64,000 nt of DNA from Phoronis australis. Its lineage: Eukaryota; Animalia; Phoronida. Positions 48,581-63,498 of this stretch are shown here, one piece after another. The translations under genes were made by a program, and so were the position numbers. The notes under the pieces are model-generated. The model ran no database searches, had not been told where the DNA came from, and was given only the letters and a program-made list of their open reading frames with translations. The stretch is from NCBI GenBank assembly GCA_002633005.1, contig NMRA01000002.1, positions 951,278-1,015,277 on the forward strand, given 5' to 3'. Every line of letters starts with the position of its first letter. The stretch's first letter is position 1.

Positions 48581-50273
48581 TCTTCACCTGTTGTCGACCA
48601 CACCATGTGTCACTGTAAAATGTCTAAAAGTCGATATCTTTAATGACGAGAGATGATTACCTTCTGACCCCCTAAATACAATCTTAAAAGCAAAGAAGTT
48701 GTTTTGAATCCAACTATATACATATAGATGTTAAACTACACGTGTTTTATATGGGTGTTTTATTAGCCGAGGCTGATGCGCAGTGTGAGTATTTTCACTC
48801 ACACGGCGCAGCAATCTCATTTAACAAAACAGCCAAATAAAACACGAGCAGTTCAACATATATCTATTGCTTTATGAGTATTGACACACGTGTATATATA
48901 TAGCGAAAAATCGCCAGCAGTGAGACAGCACGCGCGATTAGTGCGGCACTGATCATTCTCTGTGACGCAAAAACGTCCTTAAAGTCGCAGAGCAACATCG
49001 GCGGGTCAAACATGGCTCCATTTAAAGTAACATAACATAAGAATGGAGCGGTTTATTAAGCAAAATAACACCGATGAGCCCCGTTCTTATTACAGTATAA
49101 CCAAGTTCACTTGCCTTTAATATTTCACGATGTTTGAAAGGATCGCAAACTTAGACCATAACATTCGACCCAGACTATTGTTAGAAACGGGATGTCCGAA
49201 GGTAACAATGATGTTGCCTAAAACAGCGCTCAATATATCTCCAAGATGTACGAACGATTAAAGCCATGTTTAGCTGGCTAAAAACGAAAATCGAACTGGC
49301 TTTTTGCTCTAGGATTCTATTTCCGATACCACCAAGAGCACAGAAACCATAATCCACTCAAGAAAAGACTTCAGGCTTTATGGAGGTTGGCCAACTCTAA
49401 AATTACGACTCGAAAGTAGCGCGTGTNTCTTCACCTGTTGTCGGCCAAACCATGTGTCACTGTAAAATGTCTAAAAGTCGATATCTTTAATGACGAGAGA
49501 GGATTACCTTCTGACCCCCTAAATACAATCTTAAAAGCAAAGAAGTTGTTTTAAATCCAACTATATACATCTAGATGTTAAACTACACGTGTTTTATATG
49601 GGTGTTTTATTAGCCGAGGCTGATGCGCAGTGTGAGTATTTTTACTCACACGGCGCAGCAATCTCATTTAACAAAACAGCCAAATAAAACACGAGCAGTT
49701 TAACATATATCTATTGCTTTATGAGTATTGACACACGTGTATATATATAGCGAAAAATCGCCAGCAGTGAGACAGCACGCGCGATTAGTGCGGCACTGAT
49801 CATTCTCTGTGACGCAAAAACGTCCTTAAAGTCGCAGAGCAACATCGGCGGGTCAAACATGGCTCCATTTAAAGTAACATAACAAAAGAATGGAGCGGTT
49901 TATTAAGCAAAATAACACCGATGAGCCCCGTTCTTATTACACTATAACCAAGTTCACTTGCCTTTAATATTTCACGATGTTTGAAAGGATCGCAAACTTA
50001 GACCATAACATTCGACCCAGACTATTGTTAGAAACGGGATGTCCGAAGGTAACAATCATGTTGCCTAAAACAGCGCTCAATATATCTCCAAGATGTACGA
50101 ACGATTAAAGCCATGTTTAGCTGGCTAAAAACGAAAATCGAACTGGCTTTTTGCTCTAGGATTCTATTTCCGATACCACCAAGAGCACAGAAACCATAAT
50201 CCACTCAAGAAAAGACTTCAGGCTTTATGGAGGTTGGCCAACTCTAAAATTACGACTCGAAAGTAGCGCGTGT
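48581..50273. repeat. 846-bp near-identical tandem duplication split by a single N (likely assembly artefact)
   Basis: 48581-49426 vs 49428-50273 with N at 49427 and scattered substitutions. Confidence 0.9.
48723..48863. repeat. ~140-bp imperfect palindrome (repeated near 49570-49710 by the duplication)
   Basis: atgttaaact.c.cgtgttttat...gtgtgagt | actcacac...ataaaacacg.g.agttcaacat. Confidence 0.75.
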
Positions 50274-51699
50274 GTGTTTTACCTGCTGCTTGAGTTGGCA
50301 ACGGAAATGGAAAACCATCACAGTAAGGATTAAAAAGAGAAAAAATCTGAGAGCAAGTCTAACTCCATTTTTGTTCTAATAACAGACTAAAGAAAGCGAA
50401 ATACAACGTATGTTGACGATGATAGGTAAACTGAACTCTCCGGGAATGGTCATTTTGAAGATATCTTAGTCATAAGTCCTGTAATAAAATCACCATCACT
50501 TTCAAAATCTCCAAACCTGCTCCCTTAATGTAATATGAAGAAACAGTGAAAACGTGTTGTGGGGCCATAGCCTAGCACCCAAAGCCATACATACCCATGC
50601 ACGAGCAGCAGATGCGCTTAAACAGCGGTTGACTGAAAACGAATCGTCTGCCTCCAGAATTACAGTGCTATTCATCGAAATGGTCCTCACAAGTACTTTC
50701 ACACCAGATCATTCGATAATTGATTCACAAGTCACAAACGTGCCCACCAGCGAAGGCAGAAACAACAAAACATGCCATCAATAGAGCCGTCCTGGACTGA
50801 ACCATTCTCTTCAGTGGAGGTAGAAAAATATATTGCATGACTGACCTACTTTTCGAATGTCAATTTGAGTAGATTAACTAACGAAGCACATGTAGCACTG
50901 AAAGTTGACTTTTTGCCAAATTCTTGTCGTCACCAATTGCAATTCAAATGCAATAAAACTAGCTTGCTTCAAGTACAATAGTGATTTACACAAAATAGAG
51001 ATGGAATCTAGTACCATTGCATGTGAAGAAGTGAGACAAATGCTTATACACGTGTGCTACGTTGAGACCAAATAACTTAAGAGTGAGAGTGATGCTGACT
51101 ATTTCAGGGTGTGCTATATAAGCGCTCTTTGTAACACCTTCACGAAAAAATCGACCGAGAAAATGTTTAAGAACTATTGAAACGGCACTGTGAAATTAAA
51201 CTACTCAAGGACCTACCGTAAAAACAGGCCAAATAGAAGAAACAATATCATAAGTCCGCAAACCTGAGTTTGATATTCTCTGGTAAATTCCATGAATCTA
51301 AGCTTTAGGCCACGCAAAGCTAGGATTCAGTTGCATCCTAGCGCAAACGGAGGGTAGTCTTTCATAGCTTTTACTCACGGGATGTATCGCTCGCGACAAG
51401 GACGATTTTTGCACGGTAAGCTTCAGGTGCGTAAGGGAACCAGTTTTAGAATCAACCCCCTAAAAAGACTGTAATTTCCCAACTGCCTTGCACACTCAAG
51501 CTAGTCAAAAACTAGGATAAACACCTTTAGAAGTTTGGAATAATTATGTGCTTCATTCTATCACTGCGACTGCCATCGAGCGTCCTCGCCAAGAAGGCGT
51601 TGCTTCGAGGCAGATCGGCACGAGGGCCATTTATTTGACAATATGCATCGTTTTAAAAGCTTGTAGCAACGAGGTTCACTCGAAAACTTTCACAATATC

Positions 51700-51880
51700 G
51701 TAACATAGAATACCTGAGCCTGCGCACATTGAGTGCACTCGGGAGTAACATTGGCAGTCGCACAAACCGTCGTTTTTTGAGTACCCCAGTGGGTAACATT
51801 GGCAGCCTCTCAAAACGTCGGTTTGTGAGTAGGCCTACCCCCGTGAGTAACATTGACAGCCGCTCAAACGGCAGTTTTAG
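51700..51880. repeat. Degenerate ~50-bp tandem repeat (3-4 copies)
   Basis: gtaacat at 51700, 51745, 51793 and 51847; the last three continue tg.cag...caaa..g..g. Confidence 0.7.
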
Positions 51881-53878
51881 TTTCATCAACAAGAAACCAA
51901 TTAACAGATAAGAGTATTAATTACCTTTGGTTACACGTCGTGTGCCATTCCGCACATGAATCTAATCGTCTCGCAATAAACAAGAATTCCAAAATAGACC
52001 CAATTCTCTTGCATCGTCTGCCATTTGCAGCTTTGCGCGCCAACGAGTCGGGTTGCAAATAACACTATACGAAGTACTACAATTAACCTACACTAAATTG
52101 TTAGTTGCAGACGTCGTATATCGATTGGAGCTGAAACTCCTGTGGCCCCATAGGTAAACAATGATCGGAAAACATCCAATCCGGATAGGTCTTCCTCCGA
52201 AACATTTGATCAGCTCCCAGGTGAGATGCCAAATGAAAGATTGTATGAGGGCTTCGGTGGATTAGCTCGCCCTTTCAACTTCATGATACTATCAGGTTTG
52301 TGTTCGGCCGCAACCTATTGAGATCTAATCAGTAAAATGTCGCTATCTTAATCACACTGCTAAGGTGTAGACTGCCTAACTAGTTATGGAAAACAAAACA
52401 AGCTTTCTACTTCACGAACACCACAGTCGTTCTGCTAAGACAGAAATTTGGTCTTTCTCTCAACACAATTATTCTTAGAAAATAATAAAATTTTAATTGT
52501 GCAAAAGTGCAACCTCTCGTACTGCATACTGGTAACTGCTACTTACTGAGATAATTTCAGCAAATTATTTCTGGAGTTTGATGAGCACATTTTTCAGCAT
52601 TCTTGAAGTGGGAGCCTTCTGTCTCACTTTTATGAAACGGACCCCAGGTGTTACTTTCCCATCAAAACGTTTTTCTCAAGAGTTGCGTTTCTTTCTTCAA
52701 GCTTCGCATTTTTGTTATTAGATAAGAACACATGTCCGCTGTTTTACTCCTCAGCACGTTTATCAACAGTTCGAGTTTAAATGAGACGTAACTCCATGTG
52801 TTCGAAATATATTTACTTATCTATGCAGTCGAGAGATAATCCAAAAGAAAATAGAATTCTCAAATCGTCGAATTATCTCATGTCTGTAGACGTTACAAGT
52901 TGCAATCTGCATCAGATACAACTGTTTACTAAAAGTAAACACCAATGACGATAGACATTTAGCCGCCGACGGACATCTCTTCAGAACAACGCGTACTTTG
53001 GTAGCGCTTCATTTCGCAAAGAAATCGCCCGAGACACGTACAGCAACGTTTTTCTTTTGTCTGAAATACACTTGAAGCTTTTAGAATACGTCGAATTCGT
53101 TCTGGGTACATCAATTGCGCTATGGATTGGTTGGTTTCAAATCGTTTAACCGTTGCACGGCTCCTTAAAGCGCCTTGTGGCGATAATCATCCAAATGAAA
53201 ACGACTAGTCAAACCATACGAGTTCAAGATAAATTGTTCATCTAAAATTGTAACTATTTGATCTGCTTTTCCACGATGGGGGAAGTAAATAGGAATTTCC
53301 CAATGATTAAAGAATTTTTATATATCGTACATCCCAATATCCGCTTGTCTGCATGTCAGTCTGACTGCTTTTCTGCCCATTTGCCCTTCTGACGGCCTGA
53401 CAATCCCCTAGTATCTAAATTATACAGAATTCGGAGGTGTTATAGAACAATATCGATGAAGTCGTCAGTCCGCCCATATTCCTCCAAATTGCTCTACTTA
53501 TGAAATGCTAATTGCTGCTGACGAATGTTAGTAACGGTGCTTTCGCCGGTTCTAAAAAGTGATCCTATTAACTTAGTAAGAGTTCAACCTATACTCAATA
53601 AAAAGTTGAATATTTTTTTTTTTTGAAAATCTGTTGTTCTGACAAATTCTGACCCCAAACAAGGGAATGCAGTGGAAATGAGCACTAGCATGACGCCCAT
53701 ACTTTTGTCGTCGAGAATACGGAATAGATGTAACCTAAGGTTGTTTAGTTAACTAATTAATAGCGTCTCACGCTATCGCAAGATCATGGATTAAGTTATC
53801 GATCAACTACACTGTTGCAAATCTCGGACTGAGGTCGCTGGCATTGCTCACGGATAATGTTATAGGGTGTGATAATTT

Positions 53879-54131
53879 CAGGGGCGGATCCAGGATTTTG
53901 AGTTAGGGGGGGCAGGGCACAGGAATAACCAGAATTTCGCCACATGCGCGCGCCTAGCCTAAAATGTAGGGATGCAGGTGTCTCGAATTTTTGGGTTTGT
54001 GGACCTTATTGCTAAAAAACGGTGACCGGGATTTGTTCAAGGTCAATGCTGCATTGGGCATTCGCTAGCAAGCAATTCGCACCCCGAACTGCCAAATGGT
54101 ATCTGGAAGAATTTTAGGCGGTGCATGGCCC
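53879..54131 (+). mobile_element. GC-rich non-autonomous element (CAGGGGCGGATCCAGG end), truncated at the N at 54132
   Basis: Shares cggatccaggattt..gagttaggg and ccccgaactgccaaatgg with 63499-63661. Confidence 0.75.
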
Positions 54132-57100
54132 NATTTTGTTACTGGCAACAGGCTGCATGGTTGCTTGACCACGTACATCTATCTGTACGTTTAAAATTTA
54201 CATCGTGAGTCAAACTGGAATATACAGCTTGTACAGCACATAAAGTGAATAATAACTCAAAAAGACTATTGAATGACTTCAGTTCAACGGGATTCCCACT
54301 ACCCATTACGCATTCTAGTCTAAGTACAGCAAAAATACAAGGAAATGTAAACTGATTTGTGGTATTGCGCGGAGTTTTTCAAATACCTTCTCAAAAATAT
54401 GTAATTTTATTGTCCAAAATGACTCTTTCTAAGTAAATTCAGTTTATTCTCTTTTGGAGGTAGCATAGAAAAAAGCTGGTGGTTAAGCACAAAACAAAGG
54501 TATCATCTCGGACCATTACTTTCAGAAACAAACCACATTTTGTTTTTGAAGTGCAGGCTGTTGTCGATGCAGTGCAGGGGACCATTTCCAAACTTAAGAC
54601 ACTCGCGGGTGAGATCACTCGTCTCAGAAGTAAATTGTTGTGGGGTAAATCGTGGTGTGGACGGCACTATAGACTATTTCCTTAGGGGACAAGTCTGTTC
54701 CACAATTGTCTGACTCGTGGTTCGTCGTAAGGATTTAAGATGCTATTTCCTTGAAACTGGAACAATTACTACGGTAACTAAGATTGATTTCACATACGTG
54801 TTTCATGCTTTGTCAACGAAGTCGTTGCCATTTTGCTGCCCAGTATGCCTTGGGTACGAGCAGGAGTTGTGTTTGTGGCGCCAACGTGGGAGCACTGGCG
54901 ATCCTGGCGGATCACCGTTATGGCGCGTTAGCGATTGGGTGACTCTCGAGGTCATGGAGATCGACTTCGACGTGATTTATGAGATTACAAGCGCTATACA
55001 TCCATCGTGATGCAATCACATTAAGAGTTGTTTGTTCCCGATATTATTGACGAATCAAGTGACATATTGGAAAGAAACCTCGATGTACGAGTACTTAATC
55101 CAGTTGGATGACTTTGACGACTTCCAGTACGGTCATTTTGGTGGTTTAGCCAGGGTGAAGCGTTATTTGCAGAACATCTTCCGGCGTGCATGGCGTATTA
55201 TCTGAAGTAAACGTGCCAATACTAGTACTACCACTAATAATTATTTAACATAACTATTAGTAATAGCAGTAGTAATAATTACTACTGCTACTATCATGAT
55301 ATGCCACCGTATATAGGCCTCACTTTGTCGTTTATGCTAACAGTCAGCAAGTAAAATGTAACTGTTGGTTCTGAATAAACATAGACCAAGGTCTGCAGTG
55401 GCACCGTGTGCCATGTCGGCCGTGAAAAATTTGCGTGCCCGACGACTCAAATGTCATGCACCGAGATCACGAGAATGATAAACCTAGTGCAGTAAACATT
55501 TTAATCGTTTGTCCGCGTACACCTACGCAATTCGTATAAAGACAAAATTAAGTGAATGACCTTCAAACAAGACTAATTCAGTTACGGTTAACGAAAATTT
55601 GACTTTTACTGGGCTCTTAGCAAACAAGATGGTTGCAAGCCATGAGTGTTACAATGGTAAATGAGTAAATAGACTGGCGGCGCGAGCGAAACCTGTTCAT
55701 AAACTGACAGCCCATCAGGAATGCTGAAGAATGAAGCACAGAGACTCCTGCAGTGTGTTTAACGAACTGGTGCTTGTATCAGATCAAGGATCGTGACAGT
55801 CTGCGTCTAGAGTGTTACGATTAACACCAAGGATCCTGTCTGTAAGGCACAAGGTAAATTTCAGTCTCCGATATACCGTCATAGTAATCGTTGCTGGTAA
55901 AAATGATATAAAACCGACTTCTCTTCCAAAAATGAGTTAGATCACTTGCAGTAATAAACCAAATCTCAGTCGGGGCGTGGCTGAAGAACAGGCAGTTCGT
56001 TATTAGGCCTACTCGAGAATAGTCTCAACAAGTAGGCTTGTCTTGCTGGGCATTCTATTCATTGAGCCTGGTTTGAAGCAAAAATGAATTGTTAGGTCTT
56101 CCTAAAAATCGTTTCTTATATGTGCAAGATACAAGTTGAGGGCAGCATTCTTATAGCAAGTGGTGGGTTCATCACAACCCCTTTGCCTGAGGCTGATTTA
56201 GTACAGCGCGCAACCTGTAGTGAGGGTCGCGTGATCCGTTACATGTTTTCCTTATCCGACATTCTGTGCTCTTACAAGCATCAATAGTGGATCAAAACCG
56301 GTGCATTGTGCTTTTACTGGATAACAATTGTTAAGTTATCTTGTATTAGAACAGAAAGAAAGAGATCCAGAATTGTAAAACCTTTTAAATGATATTTTCC
56401 TGTTTTCAATGCTATGCTTTTTTGAAAAAATTAATTTACTGGTATTGCATTTTTAAATGTTTAAAAGCATTTATTCAAGTCGGTAGTAATTGTTTGATCT
56501 CGTTAATGTTGCTTACAGTGTACGTTGTACTTAGTAGAGTTCATCGCACCAGTCTAGAGTTAATAGTTGTTTCGTCTACACCAAACTAAGAACATTACCA
56601 CAGTCGCCCACCACTGCTTCTCAAACGCAATACTTTGGTGCGGTGTCAGAAAAAGTTGGCTTAACCGACTTCTTTCGCCCGAGAGGACAACCATCGATTG
56701 CGTTCATAAAGAACTTGTCGCTACATGTAAATAAGGCGACTTTGAGGGCAAAAATACGCCATAGTCAACTTTTGTTAAAGCTAGGATGTTTTACACCACA
56801 AAATATTTACGGGAGAGTTATGTTTTGCGTGAAACAACGAGAGTGCTAGAAATAGTCCTATTAGGTCATAATTAGTTCTGGTCTGCTCCCAAATCGTCTT
56901 GAGACATGAGTCTCAAAACTGGCAAAAGATGGCACTCGGTTTAAAAATAAAGGATCTCGATCCGTTTCACAAGTCACAAACTCAGACTATATTAGCATTT
57001 GAGTCTGGTGTAAATCTTTTTGATAGCTCGTTCTTGACTGGTCAATGAATGACGAGGCTTATATAAATTAGTTGATCAGAAGAAACATGATTTATATGCT

Positions 57101-57162
57101 AAATTGAGTGGCACTGATAAAAGCAAAGCTGTGATCATCATGAACGATGCTCATGTTCAAGG

Positions 57163-57660
57163 TGGGGGGAATCAACAATTGGTCGGACTTTAAAACCAGC
57201 TGACTGGACTGCAAAATCCTGTAACGGGTGTTCTAGCTTGGGGGTTGGACGTAAAACGCAATCAGGGCCGGCCGGTACCTCAGAACCTGATGGCCGCACC
57301 AAAAAAAAACTGTTTGGCCGAACCTTATGCGGGTTGGGCGGTGCTCAAACACAATGACCGAACAAATTGCCGATTTCGAACAAAACAAACAAACGGGTTC
57401 GGAAAATCAACACTAGATGTCATTCGAATCCTTTGAGAATTTCAAAGCCAGTCTCGGAGGAAGTCCGGCCGTTGTGTTTGATCACCGGCCAATTGGCTAT
57501 AGCACCAGCCATCGTGTTTTAGGTCCAGCCAACTGTTTTTTTGGGGGGATGAAGCCATCGCGTTTTGAAGTCCGGACAACACGTTTGATCAACGACCATT
57601 TGTTTTTGCAGTCCAGGCAAGTGGTTTTGAATTCCGAACAATTGTTGCCCCCAAATGCAC
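57163..57660. mobile_element. ~500-bp MITE with ~45-bp imperfect TIRs
   Basis: caacaattggtcggactttaaaaccagctgactggactgcaaaa vs ttttgcagtccaggcaagtggttttgaattccgaacaattgttg. Confidence 0.75.
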
Positions 57661-60600
57661 CCCCCCCCCNCGGCTGCAGTACCACTGTACACTCTGTTTT
57701 CGTATCTCATAACAGTTATCCAAAAAGTAGATGCATGCTAATAACATCTTTAAGCAACAGCTGAACACACATTTGCCTACAAAATAAGAAGTAGGAGCGA
57801 ATCTCTCGGCAAGATTACCGTTTCAGTTGCTATCAGGTGAACTAGGGGTAAACTACAAGCCCCCATACATATCAGCTGGCTAACTTTTTGTTTCTGAAAA
57901 CATGGACAACTAAAATTACCGCGTCACAGCGTCAATTTTCAAATAACCACAAACCTAAACCAATTATGCTATTTTTGCTTAATATTTCAAATCGTCAGTG
58001 GTATTCAATATTGTCTCAAATGTAACCGGTTTTATCGTGAGATCATTCCAAGACCGATCCATCACAAGAGAGACTCTGCTGAATTCTTAGAAATCGTCAT
58101 CAGTGAATAAAACGAAATATGCAGATGCGATATGCAGCAGGAAAAAGTGGATATTTTGTTTTGATCAATTTACGTTTAGTAATCACTATAATTAATTGTT
58201 TTAAGCGATTGCCTATTCCGAATGCATCCTTTGGCAGAGTGCAAGGGCCTACGTATATCCAAGCACAGACGAACATCTACGTTTTTACTGGCAGCTAAGT
58301 GCAAAGGTCTCGACCCCTAAATTCTTTGAGTCCATCCTCGAATATACGTAGCCAACTAAATTTTGCAATTTACTCGATGACCCAATCGGCCGTTTTCAGC
58401 TGACCTAGTTATTCGATTCAATTTGGGACACAAATTCAAACCAAACTGGTCCCCCTGCTGGCTACGCGTGTCTCTAACGCGGAACAAATCCTTTTCACTT
58501 TGGAAAACCCAGCTTGCCGACGAGAAACACTCGTCGTGAGTAACTTTGAAAATGCAGATCAGGTCAATTTTATATGCTGGGAAAGCGCAGTAATAACGAG
58601 ACATAAAGTTAAACGTTAAATGGCCTGGAGTTCTGTCTCACGGGGAATGGGAACGGTTGTGAAAGCTTGCGAATAAGCGTTAGGTACACGTTCGCTGGAA
58701 GCAGTGCATTTTAAAGTATTTTTTCACACAAGTTGTCGATTACCTGTGGCCAAACGGACCATTTTCTGTGCCAAGTTCGCACGCAAGCGTCCTGCGTATA
58801 CACAATTGTATTAGAGAGCAGTTCTCAAGTAAACCTATTCATCAATGCATTGGCTGTAGTGATCTATTTCAACCGCGTTGACAAACTTCTAACCAACGAA
58901 GTTTTGTATAAGGGAATGATAGAGACATCAACAATAGAACGGCTGTTGCTCAATGACTTTTACGGCTGCGGAATCATTCATTAATTCATCATAACAATGC
59001 TTATAAGAATGCACGGTATTCCCACAAACTTTACCTCGGGCAAGTTTTATGCGTCGATCTGAAATTGACACGTTTCACCTTTCACGGTTTGAAATTTGCT
59101 TTAGTGCGAATTTTCTATGTATTCTTTTGTAAACTGAACAGTCTTTTGACATTAAATTATACGCCATCGTAAAATTCACAAGCGGCTTAGATATTTATGG
59201 AATTTCAAGAGCTTCTTTCTTGCTAGTTATTAAACCACTCTTTCTCATTGCACGGCATCGTTTCTTCGACCTTGACATGTCAGACAGATCGTCTAAATGA
59301 TTTCCAAGATACACAATATTGGTTATTCCAAAAAGAAAATAGTCCAGCTGAATAAATCACACGTATACGCAACAACCAAAACGACAGACCTTTAGCTGGT
59401 ACTGAATAGTGGGGTCCCGCGTTACCTACGTTTTGAATTATTTCAAACAGCTAATCCAAGTAAATGTAGGAGTTTCAATTTCACTTTTGTAACACCTGAC
59501 GAAACAATTACAATGAACGTTTGCTGGTTGTATGAGGACGAAGATCGGGCTGATTAATAATGTTACCGTATTCCTTTGAAATAGTTATCTGAGAAGATGG
59601 ATTCAATTAAAACTAACACACAATGCTTGTGTGTTGCAACAAGGCAAAGCAACAATTATTTGATCAGAACATGTGATTAACAAGCTGGTAAAATGAAATT
59701 CTGTTTTCCAACGACAGGTATGCAACAAAATTATGTTATTTTGATCAAACGCATTAATTCGTGACGTCAGCAAAGGTTAGTTTCTTACTGCAAAATCGAT
59801 CCATTTACTCTCAATTCCTTATAACGACAGTGAAAACTGGCCTCACAAAGTTTGTAAAAACAGCCTTCTAAAATAGTAAGCGTAAAAAGGATTGAGTTTG
59901 TTGAAATCAGACAGCTACATTGGCGCATTTGAGAAGCCAAATGGGCAGTACTAATGAGTAAGTGGACACTATTGAGATTTGTACATTGACCCGTGTGTGA
60001 TCTAGGCGTTTTCATCATCTATGTCATTAGCGCACGTTAACTTCACGCACATATAGGTCACTGATCCTGGGCACGCACCACTAACTGAAGTTGCGTCGCA
60101 CCGGCAAACCCCAAAATCTTATTTCCATGTCAGTTCTTGGTTTTCTTTCAGATTGTTTCTTTTTGTAGTCTGTTAAATTTTGAGAACCCCATTTCCTCAG
60201 ACCGTGGAAATTGTATCCAGTAGCAATTCAATTACTTGATCTTCTGTTTAACGGCATCCTAACGACTAGTGGCAAGACACGAGGACGACTGTGCATTGAT
60301 AAACCAATTACGGCCACCGCATGGGAAACATAACTGTGACATAAAATAGGTTTATTTTGGGCGTCGGCATGAACTCTTCTTGATGTTGGACAATCACTGT
60401 GAAAACCGGAGCTTTTGTTACGATGGCAATGCCATTTCTTGAGTGGAAGTGAACGGCAGGTGGTAATACGGAAATTCCGCATACAAAATCGAATAATGCC
60501 CTCTGTCACGGCGACGAGCGAGGAGCTGCTACCGTTGGAATGTAAATTGAAGCTGCTACGAGCCCGTGATACGTTGAAGATACGAACGTTTGATTTGGAT

Positions 60601-63498
60601 CACTTTCCGCTGTAAACTTGGTCTACACTTGTTCCCTTAACACAGATGAATGTTTGTCTCTGGGCTTGACTAGGAACATCCGACGCTCGGCACATACCGT
60701 GCTAGACGCGACAAAGCTTCTCCCACAATAACGTATCGACAGTTATTTCCAAGAGCAATAATCACCCTTAATATGAGTAAATAACAAATTAAGACATGTC
60801 ACCAATTTCACAACCTAACGTTATCGATCACTTACACTGGTATTATCTATGTAGCCTATTTCTCGGAAAAGTTTTGCCAAATATTCGTGTTTGTATGGAA
60901 ATTGATGTAAGCCACATACAATGTGGTAGTAGGCAGTACCCCTCTCACCGATGCAAACTGTGTCCTTCCTGTGTAGCAGGAGAGAGTTTGCCTGCGTTAT
61001 ACCCAGCTGCGAATCCCAACATTCAGTGAAATGTCGGAATCCTCCATTTAAATACATGGAGGGCGGACGCGCTGTCCAGGGGACAAGAAGCACTCTCGCT
61101 CAAACCTTGTAAAACAATGGGCTGGACTATTTCGTCTTCAACCAATTTAAACAATATACATCAGAAAATACATATAAAATTCAATGCTTCAGGCGGTAAA
61201 ATTCACAAATATTATCAAGCTTATATAACGCATAGACGCATTACAGAAGCGAAACTATACAAGAAACGATTACACTCAAAGATACAATCAAAACCCATAG
61301 AACCGACACGGACCACCCAAACCTAGTTTGTGAAAACTGATGTCGCGGGTCATAAAATAAACAGGTGACAAAACAGAGAAATTTGAAAGTATCCTCTCTC
61401 ATCTTCTGTATGACTGAACGCTTAGAAAGGTGTTTTATGACGTCTTCATCGCAATAATAGAACGCAATTTGATCCAGCTGATACGAGGACCCTGACTGAC
61501 ATTTCATACACGGTTTTATTATTCAATATCGTAACCCGGATCGTCGAGCATTTTGAAGTGGATTTCGACTACACAAGAATCTTATGTTTGTGGTTTTACC
61601 TAGTGCGACTAAGTTCATCTAGTAATGGGATTAAGTTTGTGGTTTTCTACTGTGTTCACGCGTCAAGTGGAGATTATCCGAGAGAGGAATGTTTCTTGAA
61701 TAACATACCAAGCGCATAGACAAAGAAAATGTTTTCATACAAGACTATCATATTCATGTAATACAAGTAAAGTATGTTTGTGGAAAAGACATGGTATCGC
61801 CGATGTACATAAACGAAGCCCTTGTAAAGCGCAATTTGCAGCAAACGAAAAGCAAACGTAGACCCAGACGACATTTGGCATTTGATGTATTCTAAATTGA
61901 ACGGTTTTGAATGAAGCCACTGTCAATGAATCAGCCCCGGGGGATTAGTGTGAATTTGATGATCAGTGATATTATCCTGATCATTGCGAAGTTACCAATG
62001 AATCTGAAATTGTTTCGCCGACAACGACGAGTGTTTTTTTTTAAATAAAATGACGCTTTTTGGCTCAATAAATATTTTTATCACCTTCTTGTCCACAACC
62101 AATTCGTAGTCTTGTATGCTCGAATGAACAAGTGAATACATTCATCACTCACATGTAAAAGCGAGAAAAGAACATTCCTACCTCAAAAAATGTTCCAAAA
62201 GTCAACATCGTTTCGTAAAAGGAAGCTCCATTCCAAACCAACAACCATGCAGTACAGCGACGCGCACTCCCTTAGCGAGCCGAGAGGTAAAGACTGATCA
62301 ATCGCTGCGCTCCGATGAAAATGAAGCACTCCCGGTCACGTGACCTCGGAGATAAGATCCAATGCCTCTGGGACCGTACGCGTGTGTAGTGCGCCCAGAC
62401 CTAATTTTAGGTCTTTTGAAAAGCTACGAGATTTCATTTAAACACTCGCACACGCTCGCATGAGGAAGGAGAATGGGACTGTATAACTTTAACCAGATAA
62501 CGCGTTTATTACGCTCACAGTGAACGCACTGAAAATTCCGACGGTGTTGTCGAAAATTAGACTTTTGATGTTATTCCAAGTCTTTCAGTCGCTTACGACT
62601 GCAAACAATAAGATCCTTGTATGAGGTGTTTGTCCAATGAATCTGTTGCCAATGAACTCAAACCGTCTCGAGCTACCTTCTCTATGAATGAAACGTGTCT
62701 GTAAGTCTCGACCAGATGGAGATACCTGTTTCAATTTGTCTTGGGGAAATACAGTTTTCGTGCTTGCAAAACTGTACAAAAAACACACTATCGCTGCTGA
62801 TGTCAGCGGCGTTGTCATCGCTCCCGTCACGGTCACGGTGGTCGTCGCAATGGGGTGGCGGCTCTCTACTACGGTGACGGGAGTTTTGGCTTACCGTCTC
62901 ATTGAGAGAGTGTATTCGAAAAAAGAGTCCCATTGGCCGGGTACGTAACTTTCTTGAAAAAAGTCACCCTTTAGTAGATAGTTGCAGAAACACCATATGG
63001 TTTTTCTTCCCTTTAGTAAGCTTAAATGTATCCGATAATCTGGATTTAATTACTGCTTTCGCTGATGCACAACCCCAGGAGCTAGCAAAACGACCAATAT
63101 ACCGCGTGCTATGTATCCGACATATCGTGGGGAACGTTGATGCACACGACTACGGCGCCTCTACTAGATAGGTATATGGTTCACAGACCACTGTAACTAA
63201 ATCACAATAAATCGGATGCAGACACTGGGGACTAGGAGGTCGCTAATCGATTGTATATGATACACTTGCATTACTACACTCCTTACCTGAGTGTGCTACG
63301 AGATGTAGTAATGTGAAAAGGTCATGATTAACAGGAGGAAGTATCATTCGGACATTCTGAATGGTTAGAATATAACATTGTGACATTCCTATTGTTTCAT
63401 GTTGAAGATACTGCTCCATCTATTGAGGAATGCTTTTACAGTTTGCGGGATCTGCAAGAACAAAAACAGACTAATCGATGCACTTGTCTCTTCTTAGT

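Noticed and set aside
51700-51880. gtaacattg repeats with variable intervals as a repeat-spacer array
   Set aside because: The intervening sequences are homologous to each other, so it is a degenerate tandem repeat.
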